Origin: Octopus bimaculoides
Lineage: Eukaryota
Reading direction: 5' to 3'
NCBI RefSeq assembly: GCF_001194135.2
Contig: NC_068981.1
Span: forward strand, 36,030,759-36,094,758
DNA: 64,000 bases
The stretch's first letter is position 1, and each line of letters begins with the position of its first letter. The notes under the pieces were generated by a model that saw nothing but the letters and a program-made list of their open reading frames with translations, did not search any database and was not told where the DNA came from. Both the position numbers and the translations under genes were made by a program. Below, in pieces: positions 12,116-25,740 of this stretch.

Positions 12116-12812
12116 AAATACTTACAGATGCACACATATATATCAATATAAACTTGACTTACTTTTAAAAATTTGTAAAGAAATCATAAAATGTAACATT
12201 GTCAGGAATATTTAATTACTGTTCTGCAGAGATGACAGACTGTCATGCTGTAGTTATAGTTTTGATGATCTTTTCAAAGAAGGATATCGCTGTTGCAGAA
12301 GCCATTCCGTATAGAAGGGACTGAAAAACTGGATGTGAAGTTTATTTGCTCTAATCATAGCCTTGCTTCACAATAACTATCAATGATGAAATGTATGGTG
12401 TGTAAATAATAAGGATGTGTTGTAATATGGTTGTGGAAATTATATTAGTCTTGTCCTTAATTATGAGCTAGTTGGTGTTGCTTCAAAATTAGTTCCTGAA
12501 ACAATATGTGTTTTAAGACAAATGATGATGTCTGCTAAAATTAAGTTGTGAGAAAGAAGTATTTTTCTTACTTTATTGTTTAGTGTATTTTTTTTGATAC
12601 AGCATTTATCTAACTGTAAGCCAGTAACTTCAACAATGTGTGTGTGTATATATATATATATTTATACAAATCTTAATATAAATATAAAGAGATGGCACTC
12701 AATGGATAAAGAAAAGTTAAATATAACAACAACAGGTGTGGATTTTTGACTCCAGGTTTTTCACTAATTCTTTTGTGTGTATATGTGTGTGTGTGTGTGT
12801 GTGCGTGTATAG

Positions 12813-12849
<37 letters not shown>

Positions 12850-12929
12850 GTGAAGACCAGTTTATGTTTTTTACAAATGATATATATATACATATTAAAT
12901 ATGATACATATATCATATATGATATATAT

Positions 12930-12960
<31 letters not shown>

Positions 12961-14510
12961 GGGGGGGACCAGCAAGTAATCAATTTCAATGAGGCTATGT
13001 TGACTCACGATTTTAAAAATTATACTGTTGAAATAAACAATGTGTACAATCAAACATAGTGATGATTTTAAAAAAAAGCACTGGTATAAAATTAACATTT
13101 AGTCTCATGTTGTATACATCTTTGATCTGTTATCACTTGCCCAAGTAATACTGGTGTGATACACTGTATATCTGTCTGTCTGTCTGTCTGTCTAACTTTC
13201 TATCTATCTATCTGTCTATCTATATATATGTGTGTGTATGTATATATATATATATATATATGCTTTCACTACAATGAAAGGTTGGTGTTGTTGAGAGACA
13301 AATACAGGGAGAGAGGGAGAGATAGTGTGTATGTTTGAAATATAGATAGATGTCACTATACTAAGTAGCAAGCTTTGACTGAAAGCAGGACAGCTGTGAA
13401 GGGGTGTCCCGTAAGCCAGCAAATATGGTGTATTATTATTAATAATTTAACCTAAAAAAGTGTGAAAAAATATATATTGCCATGAAAAATGCCATAAAGT
13501 ATCGTGGATGATATTTACACTTCTGTGAATATGCGGTTGTTTCCGCAAAAAAATATTAGCTCCATAGACTTGCCAACTGAGTAGAATATGCATGACTGAG
13601 GAGGTCTAATAGGATAGAAACATGTCCACTGCTTTCACCAGTTAGTGTAAAGACATTTTCTATATTTTCAAAAATGTCTTTCAAGTAATTTTATTGGAAT
13701 TATTCCCCACACTTGTAGTTTTTAGATTTTAAATATCCCTTGTGGGAGTTTTGCATACTAACTGCATAGATAACCTCAGTCAATCAAAGATTTCCCAGTT
13801 CACTATAATACATTGGCAAGGCCCTATTGCATTAGCATTCGGTTTGCTGAATACTTTCCTGATATATTTTCCCTCGCTCACATTGATCGATATAGTGCTA
13901 TCACGTAGACCCATTTATACATATTTGATAATATTGTATGAACAGAACAAAAATGTTAAAGCTGGCATTGTACCTGCATGCTTATAAAGTAGCTTTCTTG
14001 TTTGACATATACACATAAATTATAATCAAAGATGTTCATTTTAAATCCACTGATTGACAGTCAATAGGAATTAAAGAAAAATATGTACTCAAAACTATGT
14101 CAAATTGAAACATTCAAAACAAACAGTAAAATCAGAATGGATTAAAGAGAGTGTGGAGTACTTGACCAATAACACATCTACTTAACTAGAATCAGAGACA
14201 ATCCACTAGTTCTCCATATACTGCATCACAAGTGAAAGCTCTTTGCTAATGCTGCAGCAATTAACTCAACTGCCAGCATGAACTGAAGGAAGCAGATCGA
14301 GACTTTAGTGAAATAACTGGATGGAATTGTTTTACGTTTTTATTAATCATGATTAATGAATTATACTGTTTAAATTATGGAGAGCTTTTAACTTGCCAAA
14401 TAAGTGATGTCTAGACTGATAGAGAGCCAATTTCAATGCTGCCATATATTTAGGAGACTGATTTTGGATAAAGAATACTGTGTATGTATGTGCATGTGCA
14501 TGTGTGTGAT

Positions 14511-14577
<67 letters not shown>

Positions 14578-15224
14578 GATGTGTGTGTGTAAACAGTAAA
14601 AGAAATGCATTAGAGAGAAATTGATAAAAGTTAAAGATGACAAATAAATCTATAATCTTTATAACATAGTGTAGCTTTGGGAAATATTTCTATCTTACAC
14701 AAATAAAATTAAAAGAACAAACAGAATTACTGTCTAAATCCATTCAATTCCTTTGTATTTCAACACTTCGTTATAAAAACCATGTTTATCAAAGAAACAT
14801 TAAACACATTGAGGTTGTGAATAGAAAATTAACACAGATCTTATTTTATCTAGGTTATTTGGATCCTTTTACTTGTGTTAAGTACAACACTGTTGTCTGA
14901 GTCAACAAGAGACTTTCTATGTCTGGTTTTCAATGTGGTGCATGGGACTTCAGAATGGGATGCGAGTAACTGACAAGCGAATAAAATTTGCCATAAAGTT
15001 TTAACTAATACTTCTTTTGAATGTATTTTTGTATATACTTTGTCTGTTCATGGTAAGACACTCACTGTTTATGGGAAATTGAAGTGGGGCATGGATAAAA
15101 TAGGGTGGAAAACATTGCTTTATGTAGTTATTTGTCCAGCTAGCAACAGCAGTTAAATCTATTAAATACAAAAAAATGAACACATTAGATAAATATAGTC
15201 CTGATTATATAATATATCTGAAAA

Positions 15225-15500
15225 AGACATGATGGTCATAACTGGAATGCCTTTAACTATAAGTCAGGGTTGATTTGGGGCTAAATACCAACTGCAGGAT
15301 AGGCCAATAAGGATAACCTCTACATGATTGCTTGACCTTCTAGAAATAGTAGCCAAATCTTATTCAGTCCTGCTGTCTTAAAATGAGAAAGAGCATATTG
15401 AATAGTGTAGTCCCAGTACATAATGTCTATGTAAAAATTGAAATACCCAAGGCTTGAATGCTTTTGATCAATAGTCTGCTCAAATAGGACTGACATGCAG
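15225..15500 (+). mobile_element. Interspersed repeat family E (AGAAATAGCAGCCAAATCT / ATGGTCATAGCTGGAATGCCTTTGATCA motifs)
   Basis: The motifs recur at about 5700-5930, 35480-35710, 38690-39090 (-), 41640-41740, 45140-45270 (-) and 59935-60100 (-). Class not determined. Confidence 0.6.
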
Positions 15501-17879
15501 CTAAGCATCAATAATAACAATGGCTGTAGAGTGAGATAAGTTCCTACTAAATTGAGCCAGAAATATATGCTTGACTCCGAACTAACACATTTCATTTCAC
15601 TTATTTCAGGCTGTAAATTCAACAGCTTGAAGAATAATTGGCTATACTAGCCAGGTTGACTACCTTGACAGGCACCATGTTAACAAAGCCTTTAGTAGTG
15701 GTCCAGTGACCCATTAAGAGTTACAGGGCATATTTATTTATCACTTGTGCCAAACCTTCTTGTTCCATGTAATATTTCATATGTCTATGTTAACTCTGGA
15801 CTTCAAAGAGATTACATTCATGCAATAGCTACGCAAATAATACCAGATCAAGTCAATTAAACATTTTATGTTTTGTCTTAAAACTGTGGAAAACCATTCT
15901 TTCAATGCTTTCTCCCTACACTCATTTCATGTTTAAACAATGTGGATTGCAAAACCATTCAGCCAAATCTCTCTATATTACAGCAATTGCTAAATCACTC
16001 AATCAAATCTATATATTTCTATTCTGAATAGAACAGTGTTTTGTTCTGAAAAGCAGTGTAAAGTGAACCATATTAAATACAGAACTAAGTTTCTCAAGTA
16101 TTGTTATAGAAAATTAATTCACTCTCCTCCACAAATACCATTAAAATGATTGTAGCTCACTTTATAATTTACATTGTTCCATGGTGGTTTGACAGATCTA
16201 AATCTTGATTGCTTTATTAAATAGCTATCCTCTAGTTCCATGTTATCATCTCGTACTTCATGTCAAAATCTGTAACTTCACATACTTTTATATTTTATCC
16301 TCCAGTCTTTCTTTTTCGATGTATTTTTTTACATTTTTGCAAATATTTTTCAGAATACTGGTATAGATTTTAGAGTAATCTAAGGATTATATACTTCACA
16401 ACAGTTATTTTTGTATCTTTTATCTTAAATATAGAAAATTCGCACTGCTGCACCACCTTTAAAGTATATTATAATAATATTCTTGAATCTCTTTCCTTTA
16501 TTTTTTTAAATATTATTCTTGTTCTTGAGGTTTAAAGTCAGAACAACAAACTTTATTTCTTTCTTGATGTAGTTGAATTATTCAATTCCCTTTTTTTAAG
16601 AAACTGATTGCAGTGATTTATTTATATTTGAAATGCAAAGAAAGTAGCAATTTTGACTTTGTTTCAATATATTTCTCTCTCTCTTCTTTTGTTTTCTTAA
16701 AACCTTTCTACCTTTTTAACTTACTATACACCAGTGGTGTCCTATACTTCAATTTGGATAATTTACAGTGTATGAAAACAAAGCTTATCCTTCTGCTTCA
16801 ATATACTTTCTCTTGTTTTTGCAACTACATCGTCCAGTCAAGAAAGAAGCTTCTCTTCCTTCGTTCCAGTGATGTTAGTTCTTCATCTGCAGCCTCTTAT
16901 TTCTTAACTATTATCAATGTTATAACTATTGTTAATACAACCAAACTATTCTCTCCATAACAAACACCATTCCATTTTTATGTGAAACAACACCACTTTC
17001 TGTCATAACATGCAATCAATTTTATTAACATTTTACTACATTTATTTTCACAACACTCTTATATTTTCACCACAACAGATTTCCATTTTTCTCTACCATC
17101 ACACCATTTTTATAACAGCTTCTATATCATTCACTGCATGCCTTTCTTATTGAATAATTTCCTTTCTTCTGTTTTACACATGCATCTCAGATGTTGAGTT
17201 ACTTCTCAATTTTAGAACAAGGAACGTTTTACATTCTGATAAGTAGCTGACCCTCAACAGAGTACAAATATAAGTCATATTTGAATACTAAACAACAGTA
17301 ATAATACTGAATTAATCTAGACAAGAGTTACGATGGTATACATCTATTCTTACTATATAGCATTCTTCCCATATTTTTTCTTTTGTTTTCACAACACACA
17401 ACCATTCTTGCCATAACTCCCTACTGGTGCTAGCCATTGCACATTTCCATTAATTTATGAAAAGCTAAACCTTAAAAGATTGTTACTACAGTACATTTCA
17501 AGAATATAACCCATTATTCATAATGAATGCTGCAAACAAACAGTTTGTACGACATGTAACCACTGTTTTGTGACTGACACAAATTGCAGTTCTCTTGCTC
17601 TCCATCTCTCACTCTCTCTCTCTCTCTCACTCACTCACTTTTTCATTCTCTACCTGCTGTCACCACACTTTGTTACTATAATTACTAACTTAACTGGACC
17701 TTGAAAACAAAAACAGGAAAAAAAAAATTATTATTCCCTCACCACATCCTGAGTGTTTATTCTCTAAGTCATCTATATATCATGCTCTGTGTCCTTTCAA
17801 TAAGCCAGCCCACTTTATTAAATGAATGAATGGATTCATCTCACACTACCACGAACAAAAAATATAAACACAGGCATTG

Positions 17880-18360
17880 AAATGAATTTTTGTGATGATG
17901 AAGATGATGATGATAACAGAGCAAAGATGTTGGTCATGATGATAATCATAACAATAAAGATGGTGGTTATGATGATGATGATGATGTTGATACAAGGTTA
18001 GAAATGCATAAGCCCTTTTCCACCAGTCAAATCCCATTTGCCATTCCCATCACTGTTTGCTGCTATGATTTTGATGGACTCTGCAAAACCACTATCAGAG
18101 CCTCAAAGAAACTGCAGATGATGATGATGATGATGATATTAATAATAACAATAAAAAAAGAAGCTATTACTGCTGCTGCCACTGCTGTTGTTACCACCAC
18201 CACCACTACCACTGCATAATAATAATGATGATGATGATGATGATGATGATGATAATAATAAGTTGTTTCTAAAAATGGGGAAGATGATGATAATAATGAT
18301 AATAATGTTAACATTAATAACATTCATCATAATAATGATGATGATAATCAACATTTTGAA
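17880..18360. repeat. Compound GAT/AAT/CAC trinucleotide microsatellite region
   Basis: Directly visible; accounts for the homopolymer-rich ORFs here. Confidence 0.9.
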
Positions 18361-18925
18361 AACACAATGTAAGAGGCAAAAATAAATAAATTATCAAATA
18401 CATAAACTAAATAAATGAATGATAAAACTATTGAAAACATTAGGGAATTTCATTTTTTTTAATACTTAATGTTATTCTTTTCTTTTTTTTTTGAAATAGT
18501 GAAGTGGGGGGAAGGGATGTGCAAAAAAGATTTGAATATAGAAATAACATGATATTAGTTGTTAAAAGTAAAAAAAAAAAACTACAAGGCAGGAAATATA
18601 CAAAATAATATAAGAAAATAACAGCAAATCAAGCAAAAGAAAATAATTTTGTAACTGTAGAAGAGATATAAAGAAATTGTCTAATCTCCATGTTGAGTTC
18701 CATATATTGATCAGTTATGAAGAAAACAGTGGCGTTTAGATCCCTAGTGGCTAAATTATAAAAATAGTAATAAATCAAGACTTTGTTTCTTTCTTCCTTC
18801 ATTTATGGTTTCTGTTTATCTACATGTATATTTGTATGTGTTTGTATGTATGCCTACACACACACACACACATATATGCAGGTATGTATACATACATATA
18901 TGTATGAAAATATATATAATATATA

Positions 18926-18977
<52 letters not shown>

Positions 18978-19063
18978 TGTATATGCATATACATAATATA
19001 TATATATATTTATATGTATACATATACATACACACACACACAAATATATAAATATATATATAC

Positions 19064-19117
<54 letters not shown>

Positions 19118-19968
19118 ATTATATATATATATGTAATATGTATGTGTGTAAATGAATGACAAAGAAACAATGAAGATGTTTTAAGAAATTTTTCAGCAAA
19201 AATACTGTGGGAATAAGAAAAAGAGGAAAAGAAAAATCTTAGAAATTACTTAGATATAAAAAGGGTTTAGAAATTTTTGCTGATGGCAGAGAATTTATAT
19301 ATTACATTAATGTTTGTGTGTGTCTAAAATCTGTTTATTGCGTTTACGCACATTTATGCATGGAAAGCAGACGAAAAATTATGACATATATATATATAAC
19401 ATGATAATAAAATGATAATTTTATACAAATATATATGCACACACATATGCTTACATATATATATGTATCCCATGTATGCATATACATTTAGTTGTATATG
19501 TGTATGTACAGCCATCCATACATACACACACACTTACATGCATGCGTGCTCATGCACACACACATGTACACATATATACATATATAGATGCTGGCTTAGC
19601 TCAGTGATTAAAAAATTCACTCTGCAGTCATGATATTCTGAGTTCAATTTCACTGCATAGCATCTTGGGTAAGGGAATTCTACCAATGCTTTAAGGGAAT
19701 TCAAATCTTATGAGTGAAATTAAGTAGGCAGAAACTGTATGGAAGTTCATGACTTGGGATGTGCCTGTTATGTGAAAATCCATTTGTGCCACACCATGTG
19801 TCATACCAATCCTACTTGACAATTACATTACAGTAATATGTGTCTGTGGAATATGCAGCCATTTATGATTTATTCAATGTGTAGTAACCACTGGAATTCC
19901 TAACATCAAACCTGACAGATTTCTTTACATTAGTTTTGTTTCGGCATATATATATGAACTGTGTATGT

Positions 19969-20003
<35 letters not shown>

Positions 20004-20690
20004 GGATCTTTCTGATTTGGTGGACACCATTTGTTTTCTAATGAAATACTTTCAAACTTAAGATACTGATAGAGTGTGTCATATAAAACATCTTTTTCTC
20101 TTAGCGTTGTTCAGAAAATTTTCTATATTCCAAGTTATTTCCTGTTAAAAGTTGTCATATTTCGGTAATTTCAACCAACCACTGACGTCTATTGAGGTGA
20201 AAACAATTACTGCTGTGGTTTGTCAACATGTTCTGGCGGTGTAATGGGATCTTTTCCCTTGAATAAAATGACTGGTGTTGTTTCTCAACAACAACTACCG
20301 GTGGTACTGTTATTTATGACATCGTTCATGCATTTGTACTGGTTTTAGCTTTAGGGTTAGAGTTCGGGTTTTAGAGTTAGGGTTTGGGTTTTAGGGTTTG
20401 GGTTTGCTTAATTCAAAAGGATTACCAGGGACTAACGATATATACACTACCACAAATTATTGTTGACAAAGAACAGCAGTAACTGTATTCAGCTGAATAG
20501 ACGTCAGTGATTGGTTGAAATTACTGAAATACGACAATTTTAAACAGGAAATAACTTCGAATATAAACATTTTTCTCTGTTGCTCTAACTTGGGGTGTAG
20601 CAGCTTCCAAATACAATGTTTTGTTTTTGAGTAACTACTTTTAGAATTTTCATATACTATGCTGATAGCACTACTACTTAAAGCTTTATA
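20004..20690. mobile_element. Non-autonomous foldback-like element with about 115-bp internal inverted repeats around a degenerate (TTAGGG)-like tract
   Basis: 20115-20228 pairs with 20461-20575 as reverse complements. The spacer contains TTAGGGTTAGAGTTCGGGTTTTAGAGTTAGGGTTTGGGTTTTAGGGTTTGGG (about 20350-20405). Both sides are bounded by (TA)n. Confidence 0.7.
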
Positions 20691-20994
20691 TATATATAGC
20701 TGTATATATATATATTTATATAATATACTTGTATACATAAACACTCATTCTTGTGCATGTATATAAATACAAATTCATACACAACATGTTTTACAGATGC
20801 TTGAGTTAGACAAGTATATTACTGCAGTAATATTTTGCATAATAGAAAAATAAATTTGAAACCACATAGCTATTCCTACACCTATATATATATATATATA
20901 TATATACACACAGATATATACACATGTATATATATGTAAAACTATATATGATGCATAACGCGCACACACACACACACATGTATGTATATATATT

Positions 20995-21420
20995 CATCAT
21001 GGTCATCATTTAACATCTGTTTTCCATCCCCATAAGGCCATAAGGGCTGGATCTGCATTCATCAGTGTCGTCGTCGTCATCATCGTCATCATCATCATTC
21101 AATATCTGTTTTCCATGCTGGTATGGCTTGAATGGTCTGACAGAGGATGGCAAACCCAAGAATTCTGCCAAGATTAACTGTCTGCTTTGTCATGGTTTCT
21201 ATGGCTGGATGCCCTTTCTAATGCTAATCGTTTTACAGAGCATACTGGGTGCTTTTTATGTGGCACCAGCAATGGTGAGGTTACCAAGTAACTTGCAAGA
21301 TAAAATCCCTCAACTGAGATGGGAAGTGGAATTGAGTGAGATGGCTTTGTGGCAGATGATGAGGGGTTAAACTATGGTAGAGGGATAGAAACAAGTGTCT
21401 TGCAACAGATGAGATACATG
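20995..21420 (-). mobile_element. Nested SINE family D fragments
   Basis: Two CATCAT...AACATC/AATATCTGTTTTCCAT starts, followed by CTATGGCTGGATGCCCTTTC and GGTGCTTTTTATGTGGCACCAGC. Confidence 0.75.
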
Positions 21421-21574
21421 GTTACTCAGAGAGGGAGATAGAAAGAAAGAAAGAGATAGAGAAAGAAAAATAAAGAGAGAAAAGAAGAAAGAAAGATGGT
21501 GGCACATATGTATTTATATTGCATATGTTCATATATATATATATATATACACACACATATATATATATACATAT

Positions 21575-21615
<41 letters not shown>

Positions 21616-21950
21616 CATTCATATTATAAAAACATATTTGAAAGTATGTATGTGTGTTTATATATGTAATATGTAAATATTTTGTTTTGTCTCTCCAGTT
21701 TTGTTAGGTGTGTATGTGAGACGGAGAAAGAAAGATACCTTATTTAACTTGAGAATCATGAATATCAAGATGTCATACTATAATACTTCATTGTTGTACT
21801 ATTACATCCATCTAGCTACACCACTTTTTATGGCAATATAAGTAAACATTATTATAAAATACTACAAAGTAACAAATTTGTTGTAGATTGAATCAACCTT
21901 GGTATATGAAATTATTTTTTGCACTCTAAAATCTCATTCACATTTTTCAG

Positions 21951-21997
21951 GGTGGTGGGGTAGTTGAACATAGAGGGATGAAAGTATTGGCTGTAAG
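21951..21997 (+). CDS. Candidate internal exon of an unidentified host gene (GGGVVEHRGMKVLAV)
   Basis: Acceptor ATCTCATTCACATTTTTCAG; only frame 0 is open. Donor AAG|GTATTT gives phase 2 (alternative GCT|GTAAGG at 21992). Phase-compatible with the candidate at 27263. Confidence 0.35.
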
Positions 21998-22100
21998 GTA
22001 TTTAATCCAGTGATTCATCTACACTGCCACTCCATTGCTTACATATGTTCTATAGTATTGAGATAAATAAAAAAAATGTTACTTGCAGTTAAGTTGATTA

Positions 22101-22180
22101 TCACCTTACCAAATGTAGTTTTTAACAAATTTTTTTACTCACCTGAAAAATACAAAAGATAAAAGCACAGAATTAGAAAT
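22101..22180 (-). promoter_or_regulatory. Candidate recursive splice site (3'ss fused to 5'ss) with a 33-nt cryptic exon
   Basis: Minus strand: TTCTAAT (branch-like), then TCTGTGCTTTTATCTTTTGTATTTTTCAG|GTGAGT. A second donor TTG|GTAAGG lies 33 nt downstream. All three frames of 22142-22110 contain stops. Confidence 0.45.
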
Positions 22181-23499
22181 TTGAAAAAGAAAACCAACAA
22201 AAAAGAAAGTAATAAAACAAACTATTTAGTGTTAAGATTGTGATTTTCTCTCATCTGTTAGCCTCATCTTTAGAATGTTTATTTTCAATATTTATGTGTA
22301 CACAATCTTTCGATCTTCAGTCATCATAAAGTGTCTTTTTTTTTATGGTAACTAAATGGTTTTAGATTCAATTCAAACTAGGAATGTATTTTAAACCGAG
22401 AATAGCAATTTGTTTATCCACTATGTTATTTGTATATTATTTTCCTTAGTTTACATAATGGTTCCTAGTTTGAATTCATTATGCACATACATATATATGT
22501 ATGTGCATATATGGTATATATATGTTCAAAAATTATATAGAAGCAAAACTAATGGAAAATACACACAGAGAATGTTACTAAATCTTCATCAGTTATCATC
22601 CAAAGAATCAAAGGCATGAAATTGTTATGATCCTTTGGATGATAAGTGATAAGGATTTAGTGATGTTTTATGTGTGTGTGTTCTGTTTATTGTGCTTCTA
22701 TATAATTTTCAAATGCATTGTTTAATGTAATGCCATGCACGTTCTTGTTTTGTAATTATTCAGTACACACACACACACATATATATATATATATCATGTA
22801 TATGTGTGTGTGTGTATATATAGAAAAACGATCTATACAGGTCAACAAATATATGCGTGTTCATTAAAAACCATGTGATATGATGATGGAAGATCAAATA
22901 CATAAGAATATAGTGACAATATAAAGAAAGCTATAAAAGAAGTATTAGACTGAAATAAGTATTATTATTGATAGATATGATTGACTGAAACCATTGATGG
23001 CAGTTCCATAGCATGGTTGCAGTTCAATGAATGAAGCCAGCAAAAGAATATATTCTAAGAATTAAGTTATCAATGCTGAAAATTATAACCTAAGGAATAA
23101 CAAAGAATCATTGTAGATATTAATGTATCTTATAAACTCTTTAATATTTGAGTAAATGGCAAAATAATTATTTTAATTAATCTAGTTCATCATTATTCAG
23201 CTATGGAACTAACTACATCATCATCATCCAAAGAATATCATTGATAATATCAAGTTAATCCTAATTAGAATTTCTGATACTAAGAGAGCCATAAATTTTG
23301 TGAAAGTGAGGGATGTAGTGAAATGAATATAGATCTGGAAACATCACTTTTACTCATTATAGTGGACACAGAATAATGATGGGCAAAGACCACAAAATTG
23401 TTAGAATTATCATGCTAACACATGAACAGACTTTGAAATATCAATAACACAAAACAATATATTTCTAAATGAGAAAATAACTTGGTGGTTTATTGTAAT

Positions 23500-23905
23500 G
23501 TGTTAGGCAGAGGAAGAGGGACAGTCCCTCTGACCTTTGCAGGCCCAAGATTGATACGGTTGATGTTCAACTTGAACATTTGTAGGTCAATAGTTGCAGG
23601 AAAAGTGTGGGTGGTGAGAAAATTCTAGGGGTTTGTAGGTCTGAGTGAAGTGATTTAGGGTAGGATCTGGGGTGTGTGACATGGTGTGGATAATGAGAAA
23701 AGGAGACATGGGTGTGTCAAATTGGTTTGAGTGGAGATGGTATGTAACTAGCTAATTTAGAAGAATAGAGGCTGTTATAATATTGATAGAAGAGGCAAAG
23801 AGTGGAAACATTGTATCTGTGGAGGGTGTTGGTGACTGAATAATTGTTGATCTATAGAATGGATTTCTTTTTGATGTATCTAGGATGTATAATAAATTAT
23901 TGGCT
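23500..23905 (-). mobile_element. CR1/L2/Jockey-group LINE 3' coding remnant
   Basis: Minus-strand translation ...TLHRYNVSTLCLFYQYYNSLYSSKLASYIPSPLKP... matches the HRRxVxxLxLFYRYY..CSSEL post-RT C-terminus of these LINEs. Confidence 0.75.
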
Positions 23906-25229
23906 CAATTATCATAATTAATTTATGGTATATCATACATTATGATTCCATGTTGATTTTTAAAATGTTTATCAAATTAGCTGCAGAAGAATGTTTAAGA
24001 GGAGAGATAACTGACATGAGCATATAATGTTTAGTGTACAAGTAAGATGTGTGTGGTAAGATGGGGTGTGAAGGTATGTAATGATGAATGTGAAAGACAC
24101 AAACAATTTATCAGTGATGAATCTGATGTGAAATAACCAATGTATATTTCATTTAAAACAAAATGAAAACTGAATCTGAAAATGTTTTAAATATGATCTG
24201 AAAATGTTAACTCTTATTCTGTGTGTTGACTAAACTTAGTAAACAATGACAGTCCAAGCAAATATATGTAAAATATGTAGTCATGATTATGATTCCTTAT
24301 ACTGGGAAGGTTATATATTTTTATGGAGGGATGACTTTAGTCAATTGAATATAAATCTAGAAGCATCTCTGACATTATTTTATTGGACACAGTATAACAA
24401 AATATTATGTTGTCACTTGGTAGGGTTTGAACTAAAAATTCAGAATAACACTCTAAATGCTGTTAGGCATTCTACAAGCTACTTTTTAAAATTTGCAATT
24501 ATATTCAGTATTATTCTATTGAAGCTGATTCATCTGTAGGAAGAATGATAATGTTGGCCCTGAGTAATGTTTGAACATAACTAAATCAATAAACTAAATA
24601 CTATAGAAGAAAATATACAAAGAAAGACTTCCTATTAACCATATCACCAGTGAATGTTATATTAACAAAAAATTTATAGAAGAGGTTGTTTTTATCAGAT
24701 GGATTGCATAATTGCATTGCAGAGCTTAATTCTTCCAACTGACTAGTGAAGTTAATAAAATGTGCATCCTTACTCTTATCTTACTCAATATATGAAGACA
24801 AAAACCTACAACTTTGCCTAAAAGGTCAGACCAGATGGGTTGTATAACATTGACAATATAATACATTAAGTCTTGGAACTACAAGAGAAATCATTTCAGA
24901 ACACAACAAAATCATTTAGCATTAAGGATGATATCTAATATCATTTAAAGTTTTTGAATCAATGTTTTCATAAAATATAATTCATAATGCAATGCAAAAA
25001 TGAAATATACACAACTTGTTTTAGATAAATATAAAGGTCCATACTTGGCTACAAAAGAAAATACGATTAATTACTTGTTCTGTAGCAAGCTTTGTACTAT
25101 ATAAAATATCCAGAAAACCTTCTGATAAAATTAAGCTGGCAGAAAGATAAGTACATAGAGGAAAAAAAGAGAGACAGAAACAAACAAGGAGGAAGAAAAC
25201 TCAGAGGTGGAGGAGGTTGACTACCATGG

Positions 25230-25740
25230 CAGCTTATCAGATGTGAAGAGAAGTTTGGCAATGTTTACTTAAGCAATGATGTGGTTCAGTAATGAGAAGT
25301 TCGACACAAAAAACATATTAAGTAGAAAATGATTTCTCTGCATGAGTTTACTTTTCTTCATTAAGCATAATTGAACTAAAGAACAGAAAGCTATGTCTTT
25401 GCCATTATCAGAAGTATCATAGAAGCAGCAAGTTGCATGATTGGGAGTAAAGAAGAAGATCGTTTTAATATTCTCATTGACAGGTCAAACAAGTATACAG
25501 AAGAATTTTGTACAAAAGTAAGTTCTTTCATTTCAGAAACTAATTGAGTTAGTAGGCGGCAACATTAATAACTTTGGGATGTTTATTGAATTAGATTCCT
25601 GTGATGGTGCACTGGGAAATGCAACAGATACATACTTTGGCATTGGGAAACATGTTATTGAATCAATAGTTCAGGTTTACAACAGTTAGGAAGGGAATGT
25701 ACTGACTGATAACTTGTAAACAGTTTCTTCACTGTTATGA
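25230..25740 (+). mobile_element. Possible heavily decayed piggyBac-type transposase remnant
   Basis: The frame at about 25570-25740 reads NFGM...YFGIGKHVIESIVQVYNS*EGNVLTDNL*TVSSLL, weakly like the KFGxK...LGxxVVL...GRNxTxDNFFTS region around the second catalytic Asp. Weak, by-eye match only. Confidence 0.3.

Noticed and set aside
12217-12320. Minus-strand exon-like segment with acceptor TTTTTCAG and donor GTAATT
   Set aside because: Stops in all three frames.
13490-13540. ATCGTGGATGATATT (VDDI) as a possible RT YxDD motif
   Set aside because: Isolated 4-residue match with no flanking RT motifs in any frame.
18783-19170. Many YI/HT/CV-rich ORFs here and throughout the window
   Set aside because: Translations of dinucleotide microsatellites.
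20350-20405. TTAGGG-like run as a true telomere or fusion relic; also CCTAACCCTAACC near 35075-35090
   Set aside because: Short and degenerate; the first lies inside an inverted-repeat element and the second in low-complexity DNA.
25486-25519. 34-nt exon-like unit (TGACAG|...AAAA|GTAAGT)
   Set aside because: It lies within the possible piggyBac remnant, and neither open reading (phase 0 or phase 2 entry) gives a recognisable peptide or any support beyond the splice motifs, so it was not called.
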